From: a virus
Taxonomy: Duplodnaviria; Caudoviricetes
IMG/VR virus record: IMGVR_UViG_3300043013_000026
Span: 1-64,000 of that record
Strand: one strand, 5' to 3'
DNA: 64,000 bases
The notes below the pieces were generated by a model, which was not told the origin of the DNA, did not search any database, and saw only the letters and a list, made by a program, of their open reading frames with translations. The position numbers and the translations under genes were made by a program. Shown piece by piece: positions 27,704-38,400 of this stretch (position 1 is its first letter; every line of letters begins with the position of its first letter).

Positions 27704-29539
27704 ATGTCAGAAGCAAAGTTAAATTTCGATGAGGCTACGCTTGATACCAGCAGTGACTTGTATAACCTCTATGACCGTCTTTATCAAGGGATGGTTAGAG
27801 CTAATGAGGTCGATGCCCCAGCCTTTCCGTCTTCCGACGATTTATTGGTACTGGATGAAGAAGGCAACGCAACGTTTGACAATGATGGCAATCCTATAAT
27901 TGACTCTGAGAAACAAGCGTTAGCGCAATCTCAAGCGGCAAGCTACTCAGATATACTGATGAAGAACTCGGCATATCTGTTTGCTAACTCTATCATGGCT
28001 GTAATGAAAGGCGGTGGTGGAAATAGCGATGGTAGCAGTACAACCGGTTTCTTGTGGCGTGGTGGCGACTCGATGACGGGTGCGCTTCAGGCTTGGTATG
28101 GTTTTGACGCAGGTGTCAACGGAAAGAAGATATTTGAAGTTGCGATTGGAGCTGACGAGAAATCTTGGGCTATTATAACGGGTAGCCTGAGAGTGACCGA
28201 GGATGTCGAAATCAAAGGTTTGCTTAATCTGACTTCAGGAATTGCGTTTGACGGTAACAAAGTTCTCTATTACGACAATAGCAAATTGATGATAGAGAAC
28301 CCGACGATTGGAATTAAAGGAGCTATTGATGTTGATGGCACATTCGTATTAGGTGATGTGACTATTGACGAGAACGGCATCAGATATGGCGATTATGAAT
28401 ATTATCACGCAGGCAACTCTAATAAAGTGGATGTTGACTGGACCATGCGAAATGCCATAGTTGACGGTGACTTGGCTGTCAAAGGTTCGGCTGTTATAGG
28501 CGGTTCATTAAAAGCACAAATGGGCTTTACGCTCGGTGCGCTGGGAGATAAGCTGCTGTATTCAAAGGTCACTTCCAGCATTGGCGATGACGGCGAACCT
28601 GTATATGATGATTATATTGTTCTTGAGTCAGACTTACATATCATCAACGGGCATGGTGTTAAATTTGAGAGCAACTATATCCTGAATGTCCGCAACAAGG
28701 AGGTTGTATCGTTCTCAGCTCCGGGCATGATAATGAACCTTGGTGACAGTGATAACGGCATTGCCACCAATCATATATCTCTTCAGTCTGACATTTGGGA
28801 TTACTCGCACTCCTATAAGATTGTATCTAAAGAGGGTGCCGGCTATTTTCATAATGGCTTGATGGCTGCTTGTGCGGTGAATGGCTCTTCAGTGCTGGAG
28901 ACATATCGTATCAATAGTAAAAACCTTGGTGTACTGTTCCCCAAGAATATCCGCTTTGGCACTACTGACGGACCTGCATTATACCAGAACTCTGACAATG
29001 ATGGGCTGGAAGCTTCCATACCATATACAAGAGTAGTCAATGAAGGAACGTCACTGGAAAATATCACTTTTACGACATACGCTGACCTGACGACTTCGCC
29101 CTTTGCCAACAAGAGCCTAAGTTGGTCAGCCACACTACATTTCAATTCCAGCGCAGAATTTTTCGCCTTTGATAAGCCTGTTGAAGCGGACTATTTCGCA
29201 ATAAAAAGTGAACTGTATCACACCCGACTGATTGAAGACGCTCTATTCTTTGATGACGGAAAGTTCATCGAAGGAGTAACTGACGGTCTCCGATTTGCAG
29301 GCAACGGGTACTTTGACGATAACATTTCATCTCCAAGCTTTGCCAGCGGTTTCGCCGGTTATGGTTGGGCGGTCAAGGATGAGGTAACAAACGGTGGCTT
29401 CCATGCGACCTTCGACTCACTCACAGTCCGCAAAAAGATGAGAGTTTATGAGCTTGAAGTTCAGAAAATATCGACAACCAATGGCTCTCTTTGGGTTAGT
29501 GACTCTTGCTCAGGAGACGAAGTTATACAAATAGACTGA
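27704..29539 (+). CDS. Tail/baseplate-associated structural protein
   Basis: SFASGFAGYGW...FDSLTVRKKMRVYELEVQK motif typical of Bacteroidales phage tail proteins. Confidence 0.65.
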   Translation: MSEAKLNFDEATLDTSSDLYNLYDRLYQGMVRANEVDAPAFPSSDDLLVLDEEGNATFDNDGNPIIDSEKQALAQSQAASYSDILMKNSAYLFANSIMAVMKGGGGNSDGSSTTGFLWRGGDSMTGALQAWYGFDAGVNGKKIFEVAIGADEKSWAIITGSLRVTEDVEIKGLLNLTSGIAFDGNKVLYYDNSKLMIENPTIGIKGAIDVDGTFVLGDVTIDENGIRYGDYEYYHAGNSNKVDVDWTMRNAIVDGDLAVKGSAVIGGSLKAQMGFTLGALGDKLLYSKVTSSIGDDGEPVYDDYIVLESDLHIINGHGVKFESNYILNVRNKEVVSFSAPGMIMNLGDSDNGIATNHISLQSDIWDYSHSYKIVSKEGAGYFHNGLMAACAVNGSSVLETYRINSKNLGVLFPKNIRFGTTDGPALYQNSDNDGLEASIPYTRVVNEGTSLENITFTTYADLTTSPFANKSLSWSATLHFNSSAEFFAFDKPVEADYFAIKSELYHTRLIEDALFFDDGKFIEGVTDGLRFAGNGYFDDNISSPSFASGFAGYGWAVKDEVTNGGFHATFDSLTVRKKMRVYELEVQKISTTNGSLWVSDSCSGDEVIQID

Positions 29540-32070
29540 TGGCAGCACCGGTAACACTAAAGAAATATCAAATACTTGTAGCTCCTGACTCAAAGAAAGT
29601 TCAGGGGCTACAGACAGGTGATATTGTCCGTCGCCAGTATTTTGACGGTACTAATATCATCTATTCGCTTATGGTTGTGCTTTCTTATGGTACAACAAAA
29701 CGGACTGTAACTGAGGCACAATACGATGAAAATGGAGAAGCGATGTTCAATACAGACGGAACAGTGCTGACCAAAAATGTAGAAAAAGATGTGCCATACT
29801 TCATTGGGGCGTTACTGGAAGGCGATGCACCCAAAACTTCTGAGCTACTTGATTTCGCTCGTATCACTAACCTTTTCAATGTTGACCGTTCAGGTGCAAT
29901 GTATTTGACTGCTTCAGATAGCGAAGCGCCTTACATGGATGTCATCGACGGTATCGGTCGCAACAAAAGTTTGAGCTGGCCTGAGAATATCGCCAGCGAA
30001 GCCTTTGAAGATGCTCAGTCGCAATATATTGTTCAAGGCGATGGGTTATCGCAATCATACTCCAGCTCTGATGAAAGCGGTAATTATCGTGTTGTTAGGC
30101 TGACCAAAAGCGCTACCTCATCCGATTTTTGTGGGCTTAGTCAAAGTTTCTACGAGCTGATTGCCGCACAAAAAAGAGTGCTTGTATCCTATAAAGCCCG
30201 TGCAAGCAAGGCAGTTACGGTTAATGCTGAGATTGCCTATACTAATGGTGTGGCAAAGGATGCCGAGTGGACCGAGAATATTACCGAGGATTGGCAATAT
30301 TACTTCCAGGCAGTAACGGTCATCAACTCAGGCAGACATTTACGTACATTTAAGCTCGATCTCCAAAACCTGACTCAAAATAGCTGGGTGGAGATTTCAG
30401 ACTTCAATATTATATTGCTCGACAGTGTTTCTAATTTTGGAGACGCTGCCGCTATGCGCATAGGTAAGCTCGATGGCATTGCAGACCCTGTGTTTGGCAC
30501 GTTGTCAGGCTATGGCGCATATATTCAAAAGCTTTACGCTTCCCAGACTGCTCACATATCGGGTACTTTAACTGCCGGTGATGAAAACGGATTTGCTTCC
30601 ACTTTCTATGCTGGCAAGATACATCGTAACTGCTTCAAAAATTCTTGCGACATCAACTTCATCTCCAGCATCACGCTTGATAACATGACACTCATCAACC
30701 CGACAGGCATGGGTAACGTGTACAAGACTGAAACCGAAGCTGAGTTGGTAATGCAAGCACAAACCCGCGAATGGTTGAACGAGCATTTGGTTCAAAGATA
30801 TTGTTTCTCATTCTGGGGTTATGCGAAGAAGCCTTGTCAAATTGGTATCAAGCAAAACGGTAGAACGGTAGGGGTTATTCAAGTGTCATCCAGCCAAACT
30901 CACGAATGGCGTAGGATGCACGTATTCTTTGACCTGCTGAAACCTGAGAGTGACACTGAAGATATGTTGATGAGCATAATTCCTGAGTTCACAACCTCGC
31001 TATACCAATCGGTTGCAGGTAGCATTAATCCTGACGAGCAAGTATTGTTCATCACAGCTCCTCAACTTGAAGCTGGTGAGACTTGCACCCAGTATCAGCC
31101 TACTGACGATATACTTGATGAGACTGATGACTACGGTGCATGGTTCGCACGTGGCGGTATTGGTGGTACAATCCAAAATCCGCTGCTCCGATTGAACTAT
31201 GATGGTACCGGTGCGATTGACACTCGCAACCAATCTTTCAGGCTCAATCAAGATGGCTCAGGCTATTTTGCAAAAGAAAATATTCGTTGGGATAACAAAG
31301 GCAAGGTGACGTTTGGTAAGAATGTGACTTTGAACTGGGATAACCTCAGTGAAGATGCTCAAGACGAAATGGCGAATCGCTATATCCGTATCTTGGGCCA
31401 AGACGCATTTACTATTGTGGGTCAAGATGACTCGACTAATGGCATTACATGTAGTCCGGCATCAATTACTCTCACGCTGGAAGAAGTTGGGTTTGAGTCC
31501 ACTTCCAGCCAACGTCAATGGTATCTACTTATTGGAGACCAATGGGTTGCAATCCCTGGAGCTAATGCAAAGACTTTGGAAGTTACTCCGGACTCATGCT
31601 ACTGGCTTGGATATGTTATACAACCGCCTGAGTATGACCCTGAAGGCAATCCTATTACATATCATGGAGAAAGCGCCGTATCATTCCGTTGTGTTGTAAC
31701 TCTTAATGAGTCACGCACTTATGAGGATATATTCAATATCACCAAGCAATATATCCAAGGCTACTCAGTGCAAATTGTATCATCCAAGGGCACGACCTTC
31801 CAGAATGGCACTTGCTCGACAGTCTTGACAGCTAATGTGTACTACCAGGGCCAGCTCGTTGATACTGATTATGCACTGGAACATTTTATTTTTACATGGC
31901 ATAGATACAAAGCCAACGATACCACAAAAGACGTTGGTTTTACTGACCTCGATGTAACTGATGGAGCAAATGTATTGACGTTGAACTATGAAATGGATGG
32001 CAGTGACATCTTCATTTGCGAGATTAGTATTGACGATAGCTTCGATTATTCATTCCCGATAATATTCTGA
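29539..32070 (+). CDS. Tail structural protein with carbohydrate-binding-like domains
   Basis: TGATG overlap with upstream gene; APYMDVIDG, RIGKLDGI, PQLEAG motifs. Confidence 0.65.
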   Translation: MAAPVTLKKYQILVAPDSKKVQGLQTGDIVRRQYFDGTNIIYSLMVVLSYGTTKRTVTEAQYDENGEAMFNTDGTVLTKNVEKDVPYFIGALLEGDAPKTSELLDFARITNLFNVDRSGAMYLTASDSEAPYMDVIDGIGRNKSLSWPENIASEAFEDAQSQYIVQGDGLSQSYSSSDESGNYRVVRLTKSATSSDFCGLSQSFYELIAAQKRVLVSYKARASKAVTVNAEIAYTNGVAKDAEWTENITEDWQYYFQAVTVINSGRHLRTFKLDLQNLTQNSWVEISDFNIILLDSVSNFGDAAAMRIGKLDGIADPVFGTLSGYGAYIQKLYASQTAHISGTLTAGDENGFASTFYAGKIHRNCFKNSCDINFISSITLDNMTLINPTGMGNVYKTETEAELVMQAQTREWLNEHLVQRYCFSFWGYAKKPCQIGIKQNGRTVGVIQVSSSQTHEWRRMHVFFDLLKPESDTEDMLMSIIPEFTTSLYQSVAGSINPDEQVLFITAPQLEAGETCTQYQPTDDILDETDDYGAWFARGGIGGTIQNPLLRLNYDGTGAIDTRNQSFRLNQDGSGYFAKENIRWDNKGKVTFGKNVTLNWDNLSEDAQDEMANRYIRILGQDAFTIVGQDDSTNGITCSPASITLTLEEVGFESTSSQRQWYLLIGDQWVAIPGANAKTLEVTPDSCYWLGYVIQPPEYDPEGNPITYHGESAVSFRCVVTLNESRTYEDIFNITKQYIQGYSVQIVSSKGTTFQNGTCSTVLTANVYYQGQLVDTDYALEHFIFTWHRYKANDTTKDVGFTDLDVTDGANVLTLNYEMDGSDIFICEISIDDSFDYSFPIIF

Positions 32071-32074
32071 CATT

Positions 32075-32290
32075 ATGGATACTCTTAATATAGGAAAAAA
32101 GACAGCTAACCAAGGTATTAATTCCAGTGGTAAGCTCACAGCGCAAGAGTTCAATCAGCTTGTCGATAAGGTCAACGAGATGATTGAAGAGCTGAACAAT
32201 AAGGTATATGTTTCACAAGATGAATACGACGCTCTTGTGGCTGCTAATAACATAGTTTCTACCGTTGAATATAACATCTACGAGGAATGA
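32075..32290 (+). CDS. Small tail-fibre-associated protein, 71 aa
   Basis: LTAQEFNQLVDKVN, VSQDEYDAL; tightly packed. Confidence 0.65.
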   Translation: MDTLNIGKKTANQGINSSGKLTAQEFNQLVDKVNEMIEELNNKVYVSQDEYDALVAANNIVSTVEYNIYEE

Positions 32291-32460
32291 TTGTAAGAAA
32301 CAACATTGAACTGACTGCCAGATATTATGGCACAAAAGCCATAACAGCGGTTTATCGCGGTGCTCATTTGATATGGGAGGCCGTGAATAGCTGTTTTGGC
32401 AGTGGTTACTGGATTAAAGAAAAAGCCTGGAGCAACACCGACTCTTGGCGTATCAACTAA
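32287..32460 (+). CDS. Small 57-aa Trp-rich protein missed by ORF track
   Basis: ATGA overlap; MIVRNNIELTARYYGTKAITAVYRGAHLIWEAVNSCFGSGYWIKEKAWSNTDSWRIN*; fills the gap exactly. Confidence 0.7.
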   Translation: MIVRNNIELTARYYGTKAITAVYRGAHLIWEAVNSCFGSGYWIKEKAWSNTDSWRIN

Positions 32461-32471
32461 TAAATACCAAT

Positions 32472-35400
32472 ATGGCAAAAAGAACTATTATTGACAGCGC
32501 CATTCCTTCGATTGACACTCCTTGGGATGACGGAAAAAACGCCTATAGTGGTAAAGCGGTGGAGGACTTCATCAAGAGTCAGCTATCCTCTAAGATTGGC
32601 TATGCGGTCATTCCACAGGAGAAGGACACTGATGGATACTACCATATATGGGGCTTCGCTTCCCAGTCCGCTTATAACGACTATTTGACTGACACCGTAG
32701 GAGGTGCGTCGCTGCGTTTGTTGAATGTTGCCATCCCTCTGCTTGAAGAGCAGGGCGGCGTGAGCAACATTGTTACTTTGACTCGTAATTCGGCTGCATC
32801 TTTAGTTACGAGTAAGGCGGTGGCAAGCGTAAATGTATCTTATCTCTGGCAACAGTACAACCCTGTCACAAAGGAAACTACTGACCAAGATGAAGATGCT
32901 ACTATCGTTGTGTCATGTCGTACTCAAAACTCAAGTGGCACATGGGGTTCATGGGACTCCAGTAAGTCGTTCTCGGTCAATATTCAGTCCGGGCAGACTA
33001 AGACAATCGACCTTAGCTCTCTCCTGACTTCTGATGCAACTTATCAGGTGCGTTTGGTAGCCACAGGTGAAACAAGCGGAATTTCTGCGAGCCCTGTAAC
33101 AATGACTATCGTGTATTCTAACGTTTCTGCTACGTATGACGGTTCAATCGCGACTGCATACAAGGGCGGTAGTATTCAGCTCCCGTTCCGTATTACAGGT
33201 AGCGTTCAGAAGCAGCTCCGTATCAAAATCAATGGATACACAAAGAATTACACGTTGGGTACGACAACGTACACCGATAACACGTATGGCGCAGCGGTTA
33301 CTCAAACCGAGTTTGGGTTGGCTCGTGGTGCAGTGAAGGCAGAAGCATGGATTGCTTTTGGCGACAACTATTCTGCTGAGACAGAGCACCAAGAGTTCCA
33401 GTTTATCTACATTCCTGAAGGCGATACCGTTACAACGCCTATCTTGGCAGTAACGGATGTCGTAAGCGAGTTTGAAAACTGGACACGTACTACTATCTTC
33501 CGCTATGCTATCTACAATCCGCAGAAAGATTCGACAACAGTACGCCTGACCCTTCAGGACCGCGACACCGGTCAAATCTATATTCAAAAGGATCAGGAGT
33601 GCGTTAATGGGACAGCCTATGAGTTTGATGAGAACTTTGCAATGGAGTATGAAGGCGATGACCAGCCTACTACTATCAATGCACAGGTTACATTCACGAA
33701 CACTTCAGGCGTAACCTATGGTAACAGTATCAACTTCACAGTTGACAACTCGGAAAATTTCGCTCCGACAAAAGGTGCAAATGTAATTGTATCAGCTGAG
33801 AAGAAGACAATCACTATTGACGACGTTTCTTATGAGCTGAACGATCTCTTGAGCGATACTGAAGACACCAATTCAGGATGGAGCAGCAACGCCGAAACCG
33901 ATGCTACCGGTGCGTCTGTCAATGTCCCGGTCCTCAGTATTGCCGCCGGCAACCGTGTGACAATCCCTTATGAGCTTTTCGATGATAACACCGGTCGTAA
34001 TGACGGTGGCGTTGAAGGCTCTATTACAATGGAGTTTGACATCAAGGTTAAGAACATTGTAGGTGATGCAGAAATCATCGACGCTTCAGCGGATTTCAAC
34101 GGTGGCTACACAGGTTTGAAGTTTTATCCGACTCGTGCCGTTTGCCTGAGCCGAAATAACTACACTGAGGAATTGGCTGACGTTAACTTCCAAGAAGAAG
34201 TACGTGAGCATATCGCTATCAATATCATCCGTAACCTCCGTGGTGAAGGCATGAACCTTGTGCGTATCTATGTCAATGGTAAATCGAACCGCTCGTTCAT
34301 TTATACTGACGAGGATTACTTTACGCCTATCGGTGAAAAGGGCGCACAGAACATTATTATCGGTTCTGATGAGGCTGATGTTGATGTTTACGGCATCCGC
34401 ATTTACAAAGGTCAGCAGCTTGGTTCTACCCAAATTCAGAACGATTACATGGCCGGTATGCCTACGATTGAAGACAAGAAACTGTTCAAGCGTTACAATT
34501 CAATCTATAATGGCTCGGAGATTGGTTATGACCTTTGTAATGCAATGGGTCTTAACACTATTCTCCGTAAAATTCCTGAAGGCGGCCACTATCCCTCACG
34601 CGAAAATCAAAGCAAGCAAACCAACGTTACCATAGATGTTCGCATTTATAATGAGCGTGGTAATGCAGATAGCCTCGATATGAAGCACTCAGGAACTTTT
34701 GTTGGCATGACTGACAAAGGTCAAGGTACTTCAGCGAAAGGCTACTATTGGTGGAATATCACGGATGGTTTTGAGGATGATGTTGAGATTGAGCTTGCCG
34801 ACTACAATGCTTCAGACCCGACTCATTATACTTCCGATGGCAAGTACTACCGTAAGAAATCATACTTCAATTCTCTGGACGGCACAAGCCAAGTCTATGC
34901 CAGCAAGTACGAATTGGAAGATGGTCGTGGTGGCATTACAAAGCTCGTTGGTAAAGCCAACTACGCTTCTCCTATGCAGAGCCATAAGCTCGGTGCAATT
35001 TGGATGTATGATGAGCTTTGGCAAACTCTTGTCAACGATGGCTCTGATGACCGTCCTGTTCTGTCAAATACTCACGTTACCTGTTATGAGAAACCGTTCT
35101 TGTGCTTCTATCAGATAGGCAACGGTAATCCTATATTCTGTGGCTTCCAAACTTGGGGTAGCGGTAAAGGCGATAAGAAAACCTTTGGCTACGACAAGAA
35201 AAAGAGTCCGGGCTACTTGTGTATCTCAGGCGCTGATAATGGTGCAATCGCAGCACTTTTCCAGATGCCCTGGAATGTTTCTCAAAACGCTGACGGTGCA
35301 TGGGAAGGCAACATTTATGCTAAGAGTGTAACCATTAACACCGGTGACGTGAAGAACGGTTACTGCTATAAGAGCGGCACCAGCGACACATTGTCATTTG

Positions 35401-38400
35401 AGGTTGAAATCGGTAACAAATACGATGGCGGCGAAACTGACAAAGGCGTTCTCCGTATTGAGGACGAGGCGAAGGGCGAATCAGAGACTACTCTCTTTAC
35501 AACATTCGCTGAGTTCGCCAACTTTTTGTTCGCTTGCTCGCCGTTATTGAAGCCATACGCCGGCACTGAGTCTCAACTTATTGCTGACAGTGCAAATCTT
35601 ACACGTGACCATCAGTATTGGCTGTTCAACTCAGGTTCTGACCGTTACAACGTTTACTACTACAATCCTGCTACTTCTAAATTTGAGAAAGTAAGTAAAA
35701 TTCCGACTGCATGGGGTAGCGATGGTAGAGCATACGCTTATGGTAGTCCGAAACTTACTGAGCAGTTGGCCGGCGTAACCATTACGGTTGATACGGTTAA
35801 TGGCTCTCAGAGCATGACACTGGAAGACGCATTGAGTACTCTCGGTACGTCTGACATGAATGTGGTTAATGATTGCTTCTCAAAGGCGAGAGTGGCTTAT
35901 TTTGCCAACCATGCTTCAGCCTACATCGACACCAAAGACGTTATCTTCCACCAGTGTCAAATCAAGTTGCTTGGTGGTACCGATAACCGTACCAAGAACA
36001 CTTACTACTGCATTGACCCGGCTATTGACTTGTTGGTACGTTTGAAACAGGATGACTTGGATACTATCTTGAAGACCGATAACCAAGGTCGTCAAACCAA
36101 GCCTTACTATGTACTTGAACATACTAAGGATGCAAGTGGCAGCAACTACTGGAACGGTGAAAACAACGTTCTCTACACGTTGATCGAGCGTGCATATCCT
36201 GAACGTATGCGCACAATGATGCGTAACATGTTCGCTCAGATGGCACAGATTGCAGGTAGCGTTGAAAACTACTTCCAACAACGTTTCTACTGGGTTCAAG
36301 AGTACTTCCCTGCTGTTGCATATAACGAAACCAGCCGCCTTCTCTACGAGGTTGCTCAGGTTAAGTTGATGAATGGCTTGATTGATGTGAGCCAAGACCC
36401 TATCACTCAGGCAGTAGGCGACCAGCTGGAGTGCGAAAAGCAATTTATGAACCAGCGTCTTCCGATGTTGATGTCATGGTGCGAGTATGAAACCGGTGGC
36501 GATGGTACAGTCAGCTTCCGTTCAGTAAACAGTGTCAGCGGTCAATCACCGACATACGACATTGAATACACTGCATATCAATACATTTATCCGAAGCTTG
36601 CAGTCGGCGGTTACATCGCTACTCTGTATGCCAAGATTGATGGCGAATGGGTAAGCCAAGGTAGCGACCCGTATCTGTGTGCTCCCGGCGAAACGGTACG
36701 ACTGGTTATCGCCAGCACCGACTCTAATACCCAGTTTACACTGAGATGGATGCACTACGCTAAGAGCATTGGCAATCTTGGTACATTGCCTTGCGGTGAA
36801 GACGGTAGCGTCACTATCACAGGTAAGCGTTTGCGTAAACTGGAATGTTGGTCTGAAGACGGTGTGCCTATTGAGTTCCACCCGAAAGGCTTGGTAATCT
36901 CAAATTGCCGTAACTTGGAGGAAGTGAACTTGACTAACGCTTCGGCTTTCTCAGGAACATTCTCAGCCGACCTTCCACGTTTAAGAAAGCTCCTCCTCAG
37001 TGGCTCTGCTTACACCAGTGCGTCGCTTCCTAAGACTTCTACGTTGACTGAGGTCGAATTGCCGAGTACCGTCAATGCTATTACGGTTGACGGTCAGCCT
37101 AACCTTGCCAGTCTGACGATTGATGGTTTGTCAAGTTTGCGTACCCTCCGTATCGTTGGCAAGCATAAAATTCAGAAACAGACGCAATCAATCGTTCAGC
37201 TCGCTTACTCTCAGGCTGCAAACGCAAACAGCGTTCAGATTGACAATGTAAGCTGGACCGGCGTATCGGTTGACGTGATGATGTGGTTGCAGAAGTTGAA
37301 AGCTTCTTTGACCGGAACTATCAGCTTGACCGGAACTGTGACTTTTGCTAATAAGGTTGCGCTGGTTGGCATATACGGAAACATCGACTCTACTTCAAAT
37401 TCGTTGTATCTCAGCTATACCAAGCGTAGTATTAACAGTATAACTGTCAATGGCTTAACGTATATTTCAGAAACCGGAACATACCAATATGAAGTCGTTT
37501 GTTCGCCTTCAACCGGTAACGACGTGGCTATCAAGGATGGTAAGCTGGATGTTCTCTGGGAAATCGATGATGCCGCTAAAGCTTATGCTTCTTTCACTGA
37601 CTCTGTTAACGGAGTTTTGAAAGTCACTAAGCTGGATGAAAGCGGCACTGACACTCGATATGTTGCTCAGTGTACCGTGACTAAGACGGGTGGCACAACC
37701 CTTGTATCAGAGTTCCAAGTAGGCTTCTATCGCCGAATCCCGAAGATTGGCGACTTCGCTTATGCGGATGGCACTTTTGATGACCAATATCTGAAAGATA
37801 AGACGCTGGTTGGTATCATCTACAAAATTGATGAGATGTGGCAAGGTGATGGCGATGCTGAACCGACTATTTACACCGGTTATAACAAACCTACCGAAAC
37901 ATACAAAGCAAGTCACAAACTTGTTGGTTATCAGCTTAGTATCGACTGCAAAGAAAATCTTCCTTGCAAGAGCACTGATGGCTTCATCAATACCGGTAGC
38001 ACTGTTTGGGGTCTTTATCCGTCCAACGACTCGAATGGTCATACTGCAATTCAGAATGAGATTATCGCCGCAACCGGTATCTCAAGTATCTTTGACCTTC
38101 CGGGCATCAGTAATATCAGTAGCCGAGGTCTGTCTGGCGGTACAAGTAATGACTATGTGACAACCGGCAACTACATCGACACCAATGAAGACGACGGTTT
38201 CAAGGATTACAGTACCGGTTCTGGCTGTGTGACCGACTGGAGTGGCAAGAATAAGACGCTTGCAATCGTGAAACACGCAACTCAAATCATCTCAGCTTAC
38301 CTGCTGTCTGAAGCTAATGAGTCAGTTGCAACTAACTATGATGACGATGACGGCGTAAATCACGAGTTCGCTGAAGTTCCGACTACCGTTGAGGAAATGG

